From: Felis catus | Taxonomy: Eukaryota | DNA length: 64,000 nucleotides | Reading direction: 5' to 3' | Assembly: GCF_018350175.1 (NCBI RefSeq) | Contig: NC_058368.1 | Span: 61,320,001-61,384,000, forward strand | Shown here: positions 63,296 to 64,000 of the stretch, one piece after another | Position numbering within the stretch: position 1 is the first letter of the stretch | Layout of the letters: each line of letters opens with the position of its first letter | Made by a program: the position numbers and the translations under genes | Notes under the pieces: model-generated | The model's database searches: none | What the model was told of the DNA's origin: nothing | The model's input: only the letters and a program-made list of their open reading frames with translations

Positions 63296-63377
63296 TTTTA
63301 TAGTCTCTCAGATCTGCCAAAATCAGTAAGAGAGATTTACAATAATGGTATTTTACACATTGATTATATGCCACTCT

Positions 63378-63520
63378 TTTACTTTTATTTTTTATTCCAT
63401 TTTATTTAAGTCGGCTTCACGCCCCACAAGGAGCCCAATGCAGGTCTTGAACTCAAGACCTTGAGATCGAGGCCTGAGCTAAGAGTTGGACCCTTAACCG
63501 AAAGAGTAACTGGGCACCCC
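63378..63520 (-). mobile_element. Short, old Can-SINE
   Basis: GGAGCCCAATGCAGG.CTTGAACTCA..CTTAACCGA..GGCACCCC; no GA tract. Confidence 0.85.
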
Positions 63521-64000
63521 TACACTGCCCTTTTAATAATGTGCCATGACATTGATTTGTTTCATTCTTTTTAGGCTGAAAATTATTAAAGTAGAAATGG
63601 AAAAATCACATACATTGACAATTTATAATCAGAATTTATATTAATAAATGAAAGCATATCATATGACTGCAATGAGAAACATTAAAGATGTTTCATAGGA
63701 AATATTTAATATAGACCTGTGATTGTAAATAATTTCCATTTAAAATTAATCTCCTAGACTTATCTGGAGCACTAGATTTTCATTATCTCTCTTGTCAAGC
63801 ATTGTGTTATCTGAAACTTAAAAAGTAGCAGAAGCCTTTTAGTTCAAAACTTGAATTCCAAATTACTCTAATATTTTGCATTTGATTTTAGAGTCATTTA
63901 TATCATCCTCTAATCATTTTATTTTATTGTTTTTATGAAGTTGTGGCATATTTCAAATACCATGGAAAATTACAGAACTTCATGTGTTGCTTAAAACATT

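Overview
AT-rich mammalian genomic DNA from a carnivoran, almost certainly a felid, based on cat-type tRNA-derived Can-SINEs and carnivore L1s. I recognise no host protein-coding exon, RNA gene or CpG island, so the window reads as intergenic or deep-intronic. It is mostly layered transposon fossils: 26 Can-SINEs; one decayed full-length L1 (18356-24690, +); a 5'-truncated L1 with a perfect 18-bp target-site duplication (TSD) (38613-41235, -); further L1 3'/5' relics; four clear and one weak class III ERV-L internal relics; MaLR and ERV1-type solo LTRs; L2 and MIR; and small hAT elements. Every ORF I can assign comes from these repeats. Two structures stand out. (1) A head-to-tail SINE trimer (14751-15422) is bounded by one perfect 24-bp TSD and contains no TTTT terminator, which suggests it retrotransposed as a single read-through RNA. 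(2) A perfect 74-bp palindrome (48900-48973) lies inside an old L1 fragment, and its arm happens to carry the let-7 5' 8-mer. Family names come from recalled consensus motifs, not from a database search; boundaries of old relics are approximate.
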